Shown piece after piece: positions 62,303-64,000 of a stretch of 64,000 bases of DNA (position 1 is its first letter; the number at the start of each line of letters is the position of its first letter). The notes beneath the pieces were generated by a model. That model ran no database searches. It saw only the letters and a program-made list of their open reading frames with translations, and was not told the DNA's origin. Source of the stretch: Eledone cirrhosa (taxonomy: Eukaryota). The translations under genes were made by a program, and so were the position numbers. Location of the stretch: NCBI GenBank assembly GCA_964016885.1, contig OZ024748.1, positions 19,282,001 through 19,346,000 of the forward strand, read 5' to 3'.

Positions 62303-62306
<4 letters not shown>
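62111..62306 (-). mobile_element. Hairpin-family element copy 8
   Basis: Family match. Confidence 0.92.
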
Positions 62307-62341
<35 letters not shown>

Positions 62342-62633
62342 TCATCATCATCATCAACACCGTTATATAGTTCTTTAACAATAACGACGAAAACGTCGAC
62401 AATGACTAAATACATTGACATTAACAGTATAAAATTCAACAACAAAAACAATAATTGCAGGATCACTAAATCATCGGTGCAACATGATGCTAAAACAACG
62501 TTTTCACATCTGTTGCACTTTTTTTTTTTTGCCGTTTCATTGATAGGAACAACAGATGTGTTCGCTGTCAGAATGTTGAGGACATCGTTTTTTTTCTCTT
62601 CAGATCTATGTGAAATGTAGAGGGACCACCGCC

Positions 62634-62766
<133 letters not shown>

Positions 62767-63295
62767 AATACATATATGATCGAGGCGCATATGGAAGCAT
62801 AATGCATAATATATACAAACCTACATAAGTTCCACTGTGAGCAGCTGTCTCAGAGACCGCTTGATTGTGTTGAGTACGCCAAATACACACACGCACACAC
62901 TCGCGCACACTCACATACACACCTACACACCTACACACAGACACACACACAGATATACAAACACATACAGACACACATATATGTATATATGTGTGTGTTT
63001 GAGTGTGTGTTTACGTGTGGGTATATATACGTACACAAGACCGTTATTGCTTAAAACAGTCTATTCACCTTCGATAACTACCTTAAATATACATACACTT
63101 ATACTACACAAATATATATACTATATACACATATAGAACAAAGGCAATCAATCATAGAATACCTTGTCTGTAAACAAAGCATTTGGAAAACCAAACCAAC
63201 TATATACAAAACATCTTGCGGACAAGACCATCGGGTTACAAACTCGTAAATATTACATTCGTAAAAACGAATATTAGAGCTAAGCTCGACGACAG

Positions 63296-63510
63296 TCGAT
63301 CGGCTTTCGTCAAATCGGACCGAGGAAACAATGTTTCCTTTCGTCTTTCCAATTGCTAATACTCTCTATCGGTCGCAACTCCAGGCAGAAAGAGCAACGT
63401 GAAATAATGTGTCTTACTCAAGGACATAACGCATCGCCCGGTCCAGGTATCGAACTCACAACCTCCCCATTGCGATTCCAATTCTCTTACCACTCTGCCA
63501 TGCGCCTTCA
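63296..63510 (-). mobile_element. CORE-SINE family B
   Basis: Colinear with 11419. Confidence 0.85.
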
Positions 63511-63615
63511 CCAGACATCATCCATATATCTCTCTTTACCTTTAACCCGCCCTAAAATGAATATGAGGGTGTCAGACATTTTCATATACATATAACTACA
63601 TATAACCATTATATA

Positions 63616-63793
63616 TTGGCAGTATCAGTAGAGGGTTGGACGCCATGCTTTCTAGCATAGTTACGTCCCTTTACAGTCTGAGTTCAAATCCCGCCGAGGT
63701 TAACTTTGCCTTTCATCCTTACGGGGTCGATAAAATAAAGTACCAGTAATGTACTGGGTAATTGCTGGCCTTGTGCCTAAAGTAGAAACAATT
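63616..63793 (+). mobile_element. Family A SINE
   Basis: Family match. Confidence 0.9.
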
Positions 63794-64000
63794 ATATGTG
63801 TGTGTATGTCACTTAGAATATATATCTATATGTGAGAATGTTCAGGAGGGCATTTCCTCTTCAAATCTATATAATGTGGAGAGAGAACACAATTGGATAG
63901 CGGCAATGCTCGGACACCGTCTTGATTCAATCATACCAACCCTACAAATGATACTTTTCAAGTCAACTCAAGTGGAGTATATTTGTAGATTTCTGGATTT

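Overview
AT-rich eukaryotic non-coding DNA (intronic or intergenic). The SINE types and extreme (TA)n/(CA)n/(TATG)n load suggest a coleoid cephalopod such as Octopus; this is an inference. Almost all ORFs in the track are microsatellite read-throughs and no intact gene is evident. Recognisable content: many tRNA-derived SINEs (Deu/Nin-domain type and CORE type), 3' fragments of CR1-, RTE- and CRE-clade LINEs, a non-autonomous Helitron and several minisatellites. The main signal is a dense set of type I hammerhead ribozyme (HHR) motifs. Eight have a complete CUGANGA...GAAA...NUH core and pairing stems (21540, 23731, 25996, 39081, 40616, 56185, 58684, 60543), and further copies are degenerate. 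They sit in short direct- or inverted-repeat elements inserted in (TA)n, and one lies downstream of a Penelope-type GIY-YIG C-terminal remnant. An 8-copy hairpin family looks like the 3' half of an HHR folded back at stem II. All folds were paired by eye and coordinates are hand-counted.
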